Below, piece by piece: positions 17,840-27,343 of a stretch of 64,000 nt of DNA; within the stretch, counting starts at the first letter, position 1, and every line of letters starts with the position of its first letter. A program made the translations under genes and the position numbers. The notes beneath the pieces were generated by a model. That model searched no databases, was not told the DNA's origin, and worked only from the letters and a program-made list of their open reading frames with translations. Source of the DNA: Candidatus Aenigmatarchaeota archaeon (GTDB lineage Archaea; Aenigmatarchaeota; Aenigmatarchaeia; GW2011-AR5). The stretch lies in assembly GCA_016193585.1 (NCBI GenBank), contig JACPRW010000003.1, positions 129,649 to 193,648 on the forward strand, given 5' to 3'.

Positions 17840-20530
17840 CTACCCCGACAATTCCTTTTTCAGGTCTTCAATGACGTTGTCAAGCAGCTCCTTGTTATAG
17901 CCGACCCCCTGACCGAGGTGCCTGAGGCCGCCTCCTTTGCCGCCAAGCTTCTCGCACACACGCCTGATAATCTCGCCGATATCGGCGCCGCTCGCCTTGC
18001 CGGCAGAGCCAAACACAAATATTTTTTCCTTCACCCCGAACAGAAGTAGTACCTTATCGTCGCCTGAGAGCGACTTCGAGATTCCCTGAAGTTCCTGCAT
18101 GTCGGCGTCCAGCTTCTCGACAAGCACGTTGCCGGTGAAGCTCGTGCGCAGTACGTCTGTCTTTTTCTCCGACCGAACCCTCACTTTTTCCTCGACGCGT
18201 TTCTTGAGGTGCTTCCATTCTTCGAATAGCAGCTTCGTCGCTTGTACGACATTTTCTGACTGCAGGATTTCCCTGGATTCGGCCAGCAGCTCAGCAAATT
18301 TCTTCCGGTAATTCTCTGCCGCCTTGCCGGCGACGAACTCGATGCGCACGATGCCGTCCTGTATGCGCTCCGAGCGCAGGATGATGATTTCGCCGACGTC
18401 CTTTGTGTTGCCGGCATGCGTCCCGCCGCAGGCTTCAGCGTCGACATGGGGTATTTCGACTATCCGCAGCGTCCTGCCGGGGACCGCGCCTCCCTGATAC
18501 ACGGAGAAACCGAACTTCTTTTCTGCATCTGTCCTCGGAAGCACCCGTATCTTTGATGTAATCGATTTCGAGACGATGGCATTTGCCGAACGCTCGATGG
18601 TTTCAAGCTCCGTATCGGTAAGCGCGTTGTAATGCGTGATGTCGATGTGCGCTTTCTGCTCTCCCTTGAAGGCGCCTGCTTGGAATGCGTGGCCGCCCAG
18701 CACGTTTCGTGCAGCAGCGTTGATGATGTGCGTTGCAGTATGGTGCTGCGTGAGCTGCCGCCGCCGTTCCCAATCTATCGCCGCTTTCACTGTATCGCCT
18801 TCCTTGAAGCCGGGATTTTCAGCATGGTGAACGACGACCGTGCCCGCCTTCTCGACGTCGTACACGCGGGAGCTGCCGATGAAGCCAAAATCAGGTTCCT
18901 GTCCGCCGCCGCGGGGATAGAAGCACGTCCGGTTAAGGACAACGAACTTGTTGTCGACAATGCGAAGGACCGTCGCTTCGAACGATTGCATCGATTGGTC
19001 TTCGTAGTAGAGAAGCGCGGTGTCAGGCAAGTCCTCCACGCCGGGTCCTTCCTTCTCTGCAGCCATCGCCGGCTTATGAAGCTCGGCCACACGGGCATAA
19101 AAGTTGTCCGGCACCGAAACATTTTTACCGAGCTTCTGCGCCTCCTCGCGTATGATTTCCGGCGCAATGCCGTAGCTGTCGTACAGCTCAAGCAGTTTCT
19201 GCTCGTCGATGTCCGCTCGTATGATTCTGCCGACGAGCTGCCGCGATTTCTCCTTTGTCTGTTTGTAGCGCTGCGCCTCTATCTCCAGTATTTCGTTGAC
19301 GTGCCTGGCGTTCTTGGAAAGTTCCGGAAATAGAGGCTTCAGGTATTTTCCGTGAAGTTCCACGAGCTTTCCGAAATCCACGTCCCAGCCGTACTCGTCG
19401 GCGAATGAAAGCGCCCTCCTGAGGATGACCCTCAGGTTGTAGCCGCCGCCGACGTTGCTTGGCAGTGCGCCGTCGCTTATGGCGACGAGAAGCGCTCTGG
19501 TGTGCTCGGCAATGGAATAGAGCGCCGCGGCCTCGAGAACGCTTTTTTTGAGCGTCTGCATATCGATGCCCACCTTTTCCGAGACGCTTTTCCAGGAGGC
19601 GTCGATGTTTTCCGTTTCATCAATATTCAGGTACGACGCGTACGGCAGGAACGCGCGCATGAGCTGTTCGTCGAGAGCAATGCCGGTCGTGCGCTTGAGG
19701 TATTCGACGACCGGTGGGAACGTCGTCTCGTAGCTCGTTGATTTCCCAAGAGAGAACCACGCGTTTCGTTCGTGGCCCATGCCCATGTCGCAGACCCTGA
19801 GCGGAAGATTCTTGTGGCCGGAAGGCGTCATCTGGTAGAGCATGTACACCTGGTTGCCCAGTTCGAGGCCGCGGGAAAAATACTCCATGGAGGGCCCGAA
19901 ATTCCCGCCGCCCGCCCATGCGTCCTCGTGAAACGTCACTTCCTCGTTCGGCAGGCCGAGCCCGAGCTTCAGCCACTGGTGAATGTCGCTGAAAATCTTT
20001 TCCTGGTCCCACGCGTCTTCCGGGAGGAACGCATGCTGGCCTATCATCACGAATCCTGTATAATGCGAGCCGGTGACGCCGACATTGTCGATGTCATTGA
20101 ATCTGAGGCAGAATTGGGGCACGACAAGAGGGTTGGCGGGCGGCTCCACCTCGCCAGAAACGACGTAAGGCTGGAAGTTGTATATCGATGCCTGGACAAA
20201 GTCGGTGTCGTCGCGCCACCGTGCGGTCACCGGATAGCGCTTGATTGGCGTATAGCCCAGTTTCTTGAAAAGCTTTGAGAATTCTTTCCATACCTTTACA
20301 TAATCGAGCTTCTTTCGCGCAGGAGAGTTGCCAATAAAGCGGAAGCCGCCGGAGCACTCGGGATTGCCGCATACCCTCGTTTCAGTAACTGACCAGAAAA
20401 AATTGCCGCATGCCGTGCAGCGCTTCCTCGAGAATCCCTCGGACTTGAGCACGTTGACGGGATAGTACTGCTCGGGCGATTGCTGCGCCTTCTTTTTCAG
20501 CTCTGCCTTGATCTCCTTGTCGGTAGGCAT
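17840..20530 (-). CDS. alaS: Alanyl-tRNA synthetase.
   Basis: Class II AlaRS catalytic core, editing-domain HxxxH/CxxxH motifs (HHTATHII, CGGTHAGNT) and a C-terminal DHHA1-like region. Confidence 0.95.
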   Translation of the reverse strand: MPTDKEIKAELKKKAQQSPEQYYPVNVLKSEGFSRKRCTACGNFFWSVTETRVCGNPECSGGFRFIGNSPARKKLDYVKVWKEFSKLFKKLGYTPIKRYPVTARWRDDTDFVQASIYNFQPYVVSGEVEPPANPLVVPQFCLRFNDIDNVGVTGSHYTGFVMIGQHAFLPEDAWDQEKIFSDIHQWLKLGLGLPNEEVTFHEDAWAGGGNFGPSMEYFSRGLELGNQVYMLYQMTPSGHKNLPLRVCDMGMGHERNAWFSLGKSTSYETTFPPVVEYLKRTTGIALDEQLMRAFLPYASYLNIDETENIDASWKSVSEKVGIDMQTLKKSVLEAAALYSIAEHTRALLVAISDGALPSNVGGGYNLRVILRRALSFADEYGWDVDFGKLVELHGKYLKPLFPELSKNARHVNEILEIEAQRYKQTKEKSRQLVGRIIRADIDEQKLLELYDSYGIAPEIIREEAQKLGKNVSVPDNFYARVAELHKPAMAAEKEGPGVEDLPDTALLYYEDQSMQSFEATVLRIVDNKFVVLNRTCFYPRGGGQEPDFGFIGSSRVYDVEKAGTVVVHHAENPGFKEGDTVKAAIDWERRRQLTQHHTATHIINAAARNVLGGHAFQAGAFKGEQKAHIDITHYNALTDTELETIERSANAIVSKSITSKIRVLPRTDAEKKFGFSVYQGGAVPGRTLRIVEIPHVDAEACGGTHAGNTKDVGEIIILRSERIQDGIVRIEFVAGKAAENYRKKFAELLAESREILQSENVVQATKLLFEEWKHLKKRVEEKVRVRSEKKTDVLRTSFTGNVLVEKLDADMQELQGISKSLSGDDKVLLLFGVKEKIFVFGSAGKASGADIGEIIRRVCEKLGGKGGGLRHLGQGVGYNKELLDNVIEDLKKELSG

Positions 20531-20570
20531 GACTAATTAATGCAAGACAAAATTAAAGAAACTAAAAAGG

Positions 20571-20876
20571 CTAGCCAAACAGGGCTGAGAGCCCTTCAGC
20601 TGCTTCTTCGGCTTTCTTTTCCTTGTCTTCTTCCTTGATTTCTTCTTTCTTCGCTTCTGCTGCCGGCGCAGACGAAGGCGCAGCTACTGCAACAGGCATT
20701 GCCGCCGCTTTGCTCTTGAGCTCGTCGATGTTCTTGCCCTCGAGCGCGGACACGAGCGCCTTGACCAGCGCCGCGTCGGCACTTGCTCCCGTTGCGTCAG
20801 CAACCTTCTTGAGGTTCGCTTCGTTGATGCCTTTCCCTGCCGAGTGAAGCAAAAGCGCTCCATATATCAGGTTCAT
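20571..20876 (-). CDS. rpl12: 50S ribosomal protein L12 (P1 stalk protein).
   Basis: Ala/Glu/Lys-rich acidic tail ending ...EGLSALFG. Operon position after P0. Confidence 0.85.
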   Translation of the reverse strand: MNLIYGALLLHSAGKGINEANLKKVADATGASADAALVKALVSALEGKNIDELKSKAAAMPVAVAAPSSAPAAEAKKEEIKEEDKEKKAEEAAEGLSALFG

Positions 20877-20895
20877 ATGTTCTGCCTCTCACATT

Positions 20896-21732
20896 TCATT
20901 GCGGAATTATCTTCTTCATTTCCTCAGCTTCTCGTATCGCCGCGACCATAATGTCCTCGATGAATTCTTTTTCGGCGATGCTGCATGCAACAGCGATGCT
21001 TTTCGCCTCGTTGAATGCCTTGGTGACCATGAGCTCGACGTTGTCCTCGGTCGGCCAGCCGAGCTCAACCGAGAGGTTGAGGCTTTCCTGTAGTGCTACT
21101 TCGACATTCTTTAAATAGACTTCTCTATCGATGTCCAGAACCTGCTTGTCGTATACGGTGTCGCCCTCAAGGACGGCGACGAGGTCGAGGCCGATTTCCA
21201 TCGGCTCCATTTTCAGCAGGTTGAAAACGCCCGCCGCGTCGGCGGAGATAATTTCCCCCGCCTTCACGACGACCTTGTCCTGCGCAACGGCTATCTTACC
21301 CTGCTGCACGCTCGTTTTCAGGCCTACTTTCTGCAGCGTGGAGATGGCAGGACCTGGAGGAAGGCCGGTAGGACCCTGGGTGATAACCAGGTCGCGCGGC
21401 GCGATGTCGCCTGCCTTCGCAGACGCCGGTGCCCTGTTTTCCTTGATGAGCCTGAAGAGCTTGAACGGATTCTCGTTGGAGAAGATAAGCGCAGGTGACC
21501 CGGTAATTTTGCCCTTCATCTGCTTGATTCCCTCTTTCCCGGAAACATCAATCGCCCTGAAAATGAGGTTCTTCTTGCTCATGCGTATTTCCGCAGCGCC
21601 CCTGAGTTCCTGCCGCATCTTCTGCAGCTGCCGCGCAGGCAGCTTGTGCATGTTGAGGACGCCTATTGTCGTGTAGCTGTCGAACATCTTTCTGAGGTTC
21701 TCGACTTCCTGCGGTTTTTCGGACTTGAGCAT
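20896..21732 (-). CDS. rpl10: 50S ribosomal protein L10 (acidic P0).
   Basis: P0 family similarity. Operon context L1-P0-L12. Confidence 0.9.
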   Translation of the reverse strand: MLKSEKPQEVENLRKMFDSYTTIGVLNMHKLPARQLQKMRQELRGAAEIRMSKKNLIFRAIDVSGKEGIKQMKGKITGSPALIFSNENPFKLFRLIKENRAPASAKAGDIAPRDLVITQGPTGLPPGPAISTLQKVGLKTSVQQGKIAVAQDKVVVKAGEIISADAAGVFNLLKMEPMEIGLDLVAVLEGDTVYDKQVLDIDREVYLKNVEVALQESLNLSVELGWPTEDNVELMVTKAFNEAKSIAVACSIAEKEFIEDIMVAAIREAEEMKKIIPQ

Positions 21733-21736
21733 GCTA

Positions 21737-22336
21737 TCACCAAGAATCGACTTTCAGCGGCTTGCTCATCGTCAGCTTGAGCATGACGCTTTTGATTTGC
21801 GTGTCCCCTTTTGGCAGCGACCGCTTGACTTCGTCAAGAACACTTTCGGCATTCTCAGCGAGGTGCGCTGATTCCATCGACTCGGTGCCTATCGGCACAT
21901 GTATCGACGGCGCGTCGCGTATCCTGACCTTGACGCTTCTCTTGAGCTCATCGACGACAGCAGCATGGTTTTGGTTCGGCAGCAGCAGTTTCGGCATCTT
22001 GCCCCGCGGGCCGAGATACTTTCCAAGAACCTTGCCTACAAAAACCATCAGCGGCGCTTCGCAGACGAAGAATTCATATTTCTTGGCAAGCTGTTTTATG
22101 CCTTTCTTGTCCATTTGCTCGATAGCGGACTTTGCTATGGCGCCTGCTATCGAGTCAGAAATAACACCGACAGTCACATCCTTCCCTCTGCCGTGCGGCA
22201 GGGTGACGTCCTTCGAGAACCTGTTTTCGGGCTTCTTGAGGTCTATGTTCTTCAGGCTGATGATAAGGTCAATCGTCTGGGAAAACCCTCGCTTGTCGCC
22301 TTCCTTCAGGTGTGCTACTGCTTCTGCAACGTTCAT
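21737..22336 (-). CDS. rpl1: 50S ribosomal protein L1.
   Basis: L1 family. True start MNVAEAVAHLKEG at 22336; the 30-aa extension in the ORF track is spurious. Confidence 0.9.
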   Translation of the reverse strand: MNVAEAVAHLKEGDKRGFSQTIDLIISLKNIDLKKPENRFSKDVTLPHGRGKDVTVGVISDSIAGAIAKSAIEQMDKKGIKQLAKKYEFFVCEAPLMVFVGKVLGKYLGPRGKMPKLLLPNQNHAAVVDELKRSVKVRIRDAPSIHVPIGTESMESAHLAENAESVLDEVKRSLPKGDTQIKSVMLKLTMSKPLKVDSW

Positions 22337-22444
22337 ACATACCCTCCTGCTAGAGAACCTTCGCAGTGCGCCATCAGACGGTTGTGCAACCGTTCTGTGC
22401 ATCGGCAACGGGTACCATCTATTCACGCGGAAAGGATAAAAAGG

Positions 22445-23227
22445 CTACATGTTGTCGGCTTCGCTGAGCGGTATGCTGGTGACGTGTACACCACTTCTCT
22501 TCAGCCTTCTGTAAAGGGTTTCCTGGGGGATCAGGAAATCAGAGGTTCTTTCTTCTTTTGTATGGGCCATTCCCACAATACAAATGTCAGGAGAAGTTGC
22601 CATCAATCCAACCTTCAAAAAATCCTCCCGTTCCTCTACAAATTCCCTCGCCGTATCAGTAAGCATGATTCCAGAAGGCACAAAGTCGGTCTGCCTGTAT
22701 TGAGCATCTGTCATTTCAATAGATCGCCGCACCATGTCTTCATATTTCAGTCCCCGCAACCCCCACCCGTTTACCATGTTCAGATATATCAAATCTACCG
22801 GCTTCTTCGGCTCAGCATAGCTGGACCCCATAGAAGCAAAAAGTGCTTCCACAAACGATGATGTTCTGGGATGTTCTACAAAGAAAAGATTTTCAGGGCC
22901 GTATCCAAGCTCGTAGCGCAATTCCATAGGGCATCTGGTTTCATAATCGAGTGTTTGTGAAAATGCTATCCCAAACCTTACCACATCTTCAGGCTCGTCC
23001 CCGGATAGCGCCCGTACATTCGCTTCAAGTGCAGACAACGAGCGGCGATTAAGGTAGTCATGGATAACGCCCTCATCAACAGGAAAGTCCCCCATGTGAA
23101 GCTCATAGGCCCACGTACCATTCCTGAACGTTGGGAGAAGGCATCTGTCCGGTGTGGGAGACTCTACTGCAACTGACCGGGGTTTCAGATACCTCAACAG
23201 TTTCGGCAGCCGCTCCGGGCATTTCAT
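22445..23227 (-). CDS. Hypothetical protein. The N-terminal 45 codons of the ORF-track call are just a translation of an R1 repeat.
   Basis: Coding-like sequence beginning at MKCPERLPKLL. No family recognised. Confidence 0.5.
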   Translation of the reverse strand: MKCPERLPKLLRYLKPRSVAVESPTPDRCLLPTFRNGTWAYELHMGDFPVDEGVIHDYLNRRSLSALEANVRALSGDEPEDVVRFGIAFSQTLDYETRCPMELRYELGYGPENLFFVEHPRTSSFVEALFASMGSSYAEPKKPVDLIYLNMVNGWGLRGLKYEDMVRRSIEMTDAQYRQTDFVPSGIMLTDTAREFVEEREDFLKVGLMATSPDICIVGMAHTKEERTSDFLIPQETLYRRLKRSGVHVTSIPLSEADNM

Positions 23228-23248
23228 GTCAAAATGTGATGTTCCGAT

Positions 23249-23397
23249 TATAGTGGACCAACAAAAGAATACCGACATATTACTTTTGTTGTCCGCTACA
23301 CGCGGAAAACAAGGTTTTCCGGTGCACCAAAAAGCTTTGCTTTTTGAGTGTAAGTGAACCAAGATATAATACCTGATTGTTTACTTGGTTCACTATA
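23249..23397 (-). repeat. R1 family repeat, copy 4, long variant with two extra hairpin modules (caaaaagc...gctttttg and cggaaaac...gttttccg) inserted between the two standard hairpins.
   Basis: Alignment to the short copies shows about 55 extra nt of modular insertion. Confidence 0.75.
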
Positions 23398-23423
23398 AGT
23401 ACATGAGATCGCCTTACAAGGAT

Positions 23424-23867
23424 CTAATCTTCCTGTTCTTCCATGAGGTGGATGCGGTCATCGAGGGAGCCGAACGCCGCGCCGAGCGTCTTTTTTATCG
23501 ACGTCAGCTTGTTTTCGATCTCGATGAGCTTCGTCGCAAGCATTTCGTTGGATGATCTCATCTCGGACTTGGACGATTCCAGCTCGGTGAGCCTGCTGCC
23601 GATGACAAACATGCTCCTGTTCAGTTCGACCCTCACGGCTTCTATACCCCGTGCAAACGCGTCCATGCGCTCCTCGATACGGGACAGGACGTTTCTCCTT
23701 CCCGCCAGCTCCACCTCAAGCTTCCGGTCGAGATGGAGCTTCTGGATGAGCATGATGAGCAGGAGCAGGAGCAATGCTATGGCGAGCGGCCAGAGAGACA
23801 TGAACTGGTAGAGTACAAAGAGCACAGCAACGATGTACAGCGCAAGCAGGAATGCGTCAGCCCTCAT
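23424..23867 (-). CDS. Membrane-anchored coiled-coil hypothetical protein.
   Basis: Two N-terminal hydrophobic helices followed by heptad-like charged repeats. Confidence 0.5.
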   Translation of the reverse strand: MRADAFLLALYIVAVLFVLYQFMSLWPLAIALLLLLLIMLIQKLHLDRKLEVELAGRRNVLSRIEERMDAFARGIEAVRVELNRSMFVIGSRLTELESSKSEMRSSNEMLATKLIEIENKLTSIKKTLGAAFGSLDDRIHLMEEQED

Positions 23868-24006
23868 ACCACGGACTATAAAATGAAAAAGTTCTTAAGT
23901 CCGAACCAAGAATCAGCAGGTTCCCACAAGGTCTAGACGAGCACGAACTGCTCGTAATTCTCTGCACATTCGTCCAGAGGAACAATGAAGTAGATCCCAA
24001 CCATTA

Positions 24007-24492
24007 TCACACCAGCATCTTGTCGTGCATTCCCCCATCCACTTCCTTCTGCACGTCCTTCGGGTTCTTGCCGTCGACGAGCACGCCGCATGAGACGCAC
24101 GTCCCCAGGACTTGCTTGACCCGCGACTTCATGCTGCCGCCGAGCGAGTCCTTGCTTTTCGCTATGGTGACAATCTTCTCGAATGGGATGCTTCCCGGCA
24201 GCTGCCGCTCCCCGCCTTCGAGGACCTTGGCAAGCTTCTGGACGTTCATCTCCTTCTTGAGCATCGAAGTGACCGGCGGTGTCCCGACGGTGATGGTGAA
24301 CTTCCTGGTTTCCGTGTCGACGTGTATCTTGACAGGGACCTCCATGCCGGAGAAAGCCGCTGTCTTTTCGTTTATCGCGCTGATGACCTCGCCGATGTTG
24401 ACGCCTGTCGGCCCGAGCGCCGGGCCGAGAGGTGGAGCGGCGCTCGCCTTGCCGCCCTGTACGAGCGCTTCAACGGTTTCTTTTTTGCCCAT
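24007..24492 (-). CDS. rpl11: 50S ribosomal protein L11.
   Basis: L11 family (PPLGPALGPTGVNI). Confidence 0.9.
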   Translation of the reverse strand: MGKKETVEALVQGGKASAAPPLGPALGPTGVNIGEVISAINEKTAAFSGMEVPVKIHVDTETRKFTITVGTPPVTSMLKKEMNVQKLAKVLEGGERQLPGSIPFEKIVTIAKSKDSLGGSMKSRVKQVLGTCVSCGVLVDGKNPKDVQKEVDGGMHDKMLV

Positions 24493-24691
24493 ACTATCGC
24501 CATAGTCCGTTCAAAGGATACTTACAAATCTTCCAGAGCCTGTGTAATTCTCCTAATGATGTTTGTTTCCAGGCTAGCGATCCTATCATCTCAGATTCTG
24601 ACCTATAACCTGCCGCAATTTGTCTTCCAATTTTTGCTTCTCTCCCCAAGGGATATTATTTTTTTGAATGATAATCTCATTGTACACACCG

Positions 24692-25141
24692 CTACTCCTT
24701 CTTTTTCTCGTAGATGCGTATCGAGTTGACCGATATGGTGACCGGGATGGGTATCGCCGCGTCAAGGAACTCGACGGTAAGCTCGTTTTTCGTCTCGTCG
24801 ACGCGCGTCACCTTTCCCTTCTCGCCCTTGAACGGGCCGCCGACGATTTCGACGACATCGCCGGTCTCCACCTTTATCTGCTGCTTCTCGGCGACAAGGA
24901 ACCGCTCGAGCTGCGTCATCGGGACGTCCTTGTTGATGAGGCCCCTGACGTGGGGGATGCCCTTGACGCTCGCCTCTATGTCGTTTATCTCGCCCTCGAT
25001 GAACACGTAGCCGCTGAGTTCCGTCGGGTGGAAAATGGAACGTATAGGTATGGTATGGTGCTTCACCTTTGCCATTATCGATTCTATGACAACATTTTCT
25101 CGTCCGGTCGTCGTCCGTATGGTCACGATGATAGATATCAC
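24692..25141 (-). CDS. spt5: Transcription elongation factor Spt5 (NusG homolog) with a KOW motif.
   Basis: NGN plus KOW (VEIVGGPFKGEKGKV). Conserved position upstream of L11. Confidence 0.9.
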   Translation of the reverse strand: MISIIVTIRTTTGRENVVIESIMAKVKHHTIPIRSIFHPTELSGYVFIEGEINDIEASVKGIPHVRGLINKDVPMTQLERFLVAEKQQIKVETGDVVEIVGGPFKGEKGKVTRVDETKNELTVEFLDAAIPIPVTISVNSIRIYEKKKE

Positions 25142-25149
25142 CTGTTCGG

Positions 25150-25320
25150 CTAGAGGCCTCCCATGAGTATGACGGTCAGGAAAATGGCGAATCCGACAAC
25201 ACCGACGACCGCCATGCCGATGCCTGTTATCTTCAGGCTCTGCATGAATTCAATTTTGTCGGGCTTGCTCGATACCAGCAGCACGCGCCTGATTCGCTCA
25301 AGTAACAGGTTGAGATTCAT
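25150..25320 (-). CDS. secE: Protein translocase subunit SecE / Sec61-gamma (56 aa). Not in the ORF track because it is under 60 aa.
   Basis: Short ORF with a single C-terminal TM helix, in the conserved slot between ftsZ and spt5. Confidence 0.7.
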   Translation of the reverse strand: MNLNLLLERIRRVLLVSSKPDKIEFMQSLKITGIGMAVVGVVGFAIFLTVILMGGL

Positions 25321-25346
25321 GAGCTTTATTACGAAAGAAAGGCTTA

Positions 25347-25441
25347 TATAGAGAATTGCGTTGCTTATGACCTGTGAAAACGCAATTCGCTAGATGAGAA
25401 ATGCGCAGCCTCTAAGGATATATGCTGCGCATTTCTCCATA
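25347..25441 (+). repeat. R3 family repeat, copy 2.
   Basis: About 98% identical to copy 1. Confidence 0.7.
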
Positions 25442-25447
25442 AAATCC

Positions 25448-26527
25448 TTATTCAACGATGTCAATGCCCAGGACCTTTTCAATCTCCCGTGTCCGTTCCC
25501 GTTTGAGCGTTTTCGGCGCTGCAAACAGCTGCGGCGAGTTGGCGCCGGTAACAATGATCATCGTCCGCACCGAATCTCCTAGTTCCTTGACAATCTGCGC
25601 GCCCCAGATGATTTTCGCGTCGGGGTTGAGCTTCGTTGCCACCGATTCGACAATTTCCTGGCACTCGCGTATGGTCACGTCCATGCCGCCGGACACGTTG
25701 ATCAGGGCACCTTTGGCGCCGTCGATATCGACGTCAAGAAGCGGGTTGTTGAGGGCACGTTCGACTGCCTCCCCTGCCCGGTTTTCGCTGTCCGAATCTC
25801 CCATGCCTATCATGGCAAGGCCGCCGTCGCGCATCACTGCCCGGACATCGGCGAAATCGAGGTTCACGAGGCCGGGCCTGGTGACAAGTTCGGTGATTCC
25901 CTTCACCGCGTTGACAAGGATTTCGTCGGCGACCTTGAATGCGGTCGTCAGCGATACGTCAGGCACAATCTCGAGCAGCTTGTCGTTCGGTATGACGATG
26001 AGCGTGTCGACGCTGTTCTGCAGCTTCTCCAGCCCCTGCTTGGCATTGTTCATCCGCTGCCTGCCTTCCATGGTGAACGGAAGCGTGACGACACCGACCG
26101 TAAGCGCGCCTGATTTTTTTGCGGTTTCAGCAACGACTGGCGCGCTGCCGGTTCCCGTGCCGCCGCCAAGGCCGCACGTCACGAAAATGAGGTCGGCGCC
26201 CTCGATGGATTTCTTCAGGTCGTTTTTGCTTTCTTTTGCGGACTCCTCCCCGACCTTCGGGTCGGCACCGGCGCCGAGGCCGCCGGTGATTTCCTTGCCG
26301 ATGAGTATCTTGAGGTCGGCGTCAGTGTACAAAAGGTCCTGCGCGTCGGTGTTGATGGCAATCGCTTCTGCGCCTACGATGCCGACCTGCACCAGCCGCG
26401 AAATGGTATTGCCTCCTGCGCCACCACAGCCGATAACCTTGATTTCTGCTTTCCTGGATTCGAGGAGTTTTCGCAGTTCTTCGTCCTGCGTATGAGAACC
26501 AACATCTTTGCTTTCAAGGACACCCAT
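25448..26527 (-). CDS. ftsZ: Cell division GTPase FtsZ.
   Basis: Tubulin signature GGGTGTG and the overall FtsZ fold. Confidence 0.95.
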   Translation of the reverse strand: MGVLESKDVGSHTQDEELRKLLESRKAEIKVIGCGGAGGNTISRLVQVGIVGAEAIAINTDAQDLLYTDADLKILIGKEITGGLGAGADPKVGEESAKESKNDLKKSIEGADLIFVTCGLGGGTGTGSAPVVAETAKKSGALTVGVVTLPFTMEGRQRMNNAKQGLEKLQNSVDTLIVIPNDKLLEIVPDVSLTTAFKVADEILVNAVKGITELVTRPGLVNLDFADVRAVMRDGGLAMIGMGDSDSENRAGEAVERALNNPLLDVDIDGAKGALINVSGGMDVTIRECQEIVESVATKLNPDAKIIWGAQIVKELGDSVRTMIIVTGANSPQLFAAPKTLKRERTREIEKVLGIDIVE

Positions 26528-26610
26528 GAAACCACGTTCTGTTATTACGTTTCGAAGTTATTTAAAACTTCGACCGCATAAATAGAGATAATAGTAACTG
26601 TAGTAGTAAT

Positions 26611-26707
26611 AGTAGTAAAGGATACATAGTAAAATAGTAGTAAAGGATACATAGTAAAATAGTAGTAAAGGATACATAGTAATAGTAGTAAAGGATACAG
26701 ATAGTAA
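26611..26707. repeat. Tandem repeat, about 4 copies of a roughly 25-bp AT-rich unit (agtagtaaaggatacatagtaaaat), in the divergent ftsZ / small-gene promoter region.
   Basis: Direct inspection. No unique spacers, so it is not a CRISPR array. Confidence 0.7.
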
Positions 26708-26759
26708 CGGTAGTAGTAAAAATAGTAATAGCAAAGCACGCAAGCAGGGGTGCGAGAGA

Positions 26760-26882
26760 ATGAAGCTGAAATGCGCGAAGTGCAGCCACGTATGGACGAC
26801 GCGTAAGGACAAGATGCCGGTGCTCTGCCCGTACTGCAAGAGCTCGACGTACTATCACAAGCCGCTCGTGCTGAGGGAATAG
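26760..26882 (+). CDS. Small zinc-ribbon protein (40 aa; CAKC...CPYC).
   Basis: ATG ORF with two CxxC pairs, immediately downstream of the tandem repeat. Too short for the ORF track. Confidence 0.4.
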   Translation: MKLKCAKCSHVWTTRKDKMPVLCPYCKSSTYYHKPLVLRE

Positions 26883-26910
26883 CGGTGCAGAAGCAGTTGT
26901 TGAAGAGCTT

Positions 26911-27051
26911 TATAGTGGACCAACAAAAGAATACCGACATATTACTTTTGTTGTCCGCTACACGCGGAAAACAAAGTTTTCCGGTGCACCAAAAAGCTTT
27001 GCTTTTTGCGTGTAAGTGAACCAAGATATAATACCTGATTATTTACTTGGT
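26911..27051 (-). repeat. R1 family repeat, copy 5, long variant. One terminus is degenerate.
   Basis: Same 4-hairpin architecture as copy 4. Confidence 0.7.
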
Positions 27052-27054
27052 CGT

Positions 27055-27339
27055 ATGACGGCAACAACGACGGGAATCCAGTTTCGTGGCAAAGATCCCT
27101 ACGGACTCGCGCGTTCCATTGGCGATGCGCTTACGCATGAAGGAGCAGGAAATTTTATAGGAGTATATCAGTCGTTCGGAGATAAAGGCGAAAGGGTCTA
27201 TCTTGTTTCCGCTGGTGTCACACCAGTATTTCATCTTAACCCGTTGCTCGCAGAGGTGACCGAGAGGGACGAGTACGTGGATGTAGTTCTGTATACAGCG
27301 CCTGAGATAGCTCAGCGTGTACGTGAAAAATTAGGGTAG
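27055..27339 (+). CDS. Hypothetical protein (94 aa). The ORF-track start lies inside the repeat.
   Basis: ORF from the first ATG outside the repeat. Confidence 0.35.
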   Translation: MTATTTGIQFRGKDPYGLARSIGDALTHEGAGNFIGVYQSFGDKGERVYLVSAGVTPVFHLNPLLAEVTERDEYVDVVLYTAPEIAQRVREKLG

Positions 27340-27343
27340 GCGT

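Noticed and set aside
22445-23362. N-terminal 45 residues of the 305-aa ORF-track call (MVHLHSKSKAFWCTGKPCFPRVADNKSNMSVFFCWSTI...)
   Set aside because: This segment is the translation of R1 repeat copy 4. The identical peptide reappears at 26545-27024. The gene was restarted at 23227.
25458-26495. 345-aa ORF on the + strand
   Set aside because: Antisense to ftsZ. Ser/Pro/Arg-rich low-complexity translation.
26611-26707. Possible CRISPR array
   Set aside because: The repeats are contiguous with no unique spacers, only about 4 units, AT-rich, and no cas genes are nearby. Called as a tandem repeat or iterons instead.
26545-27024. 159-aa ORF on the - strand plus overlapping 93- and 98-aa ORFs
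   Set aside because: It runs through an R1 repeat and the 25-bp tandem repeat, giving an MVHLHAKSKAFWCTGK... N-terminus and a poly-Tyr/Leu body. Not a gene.
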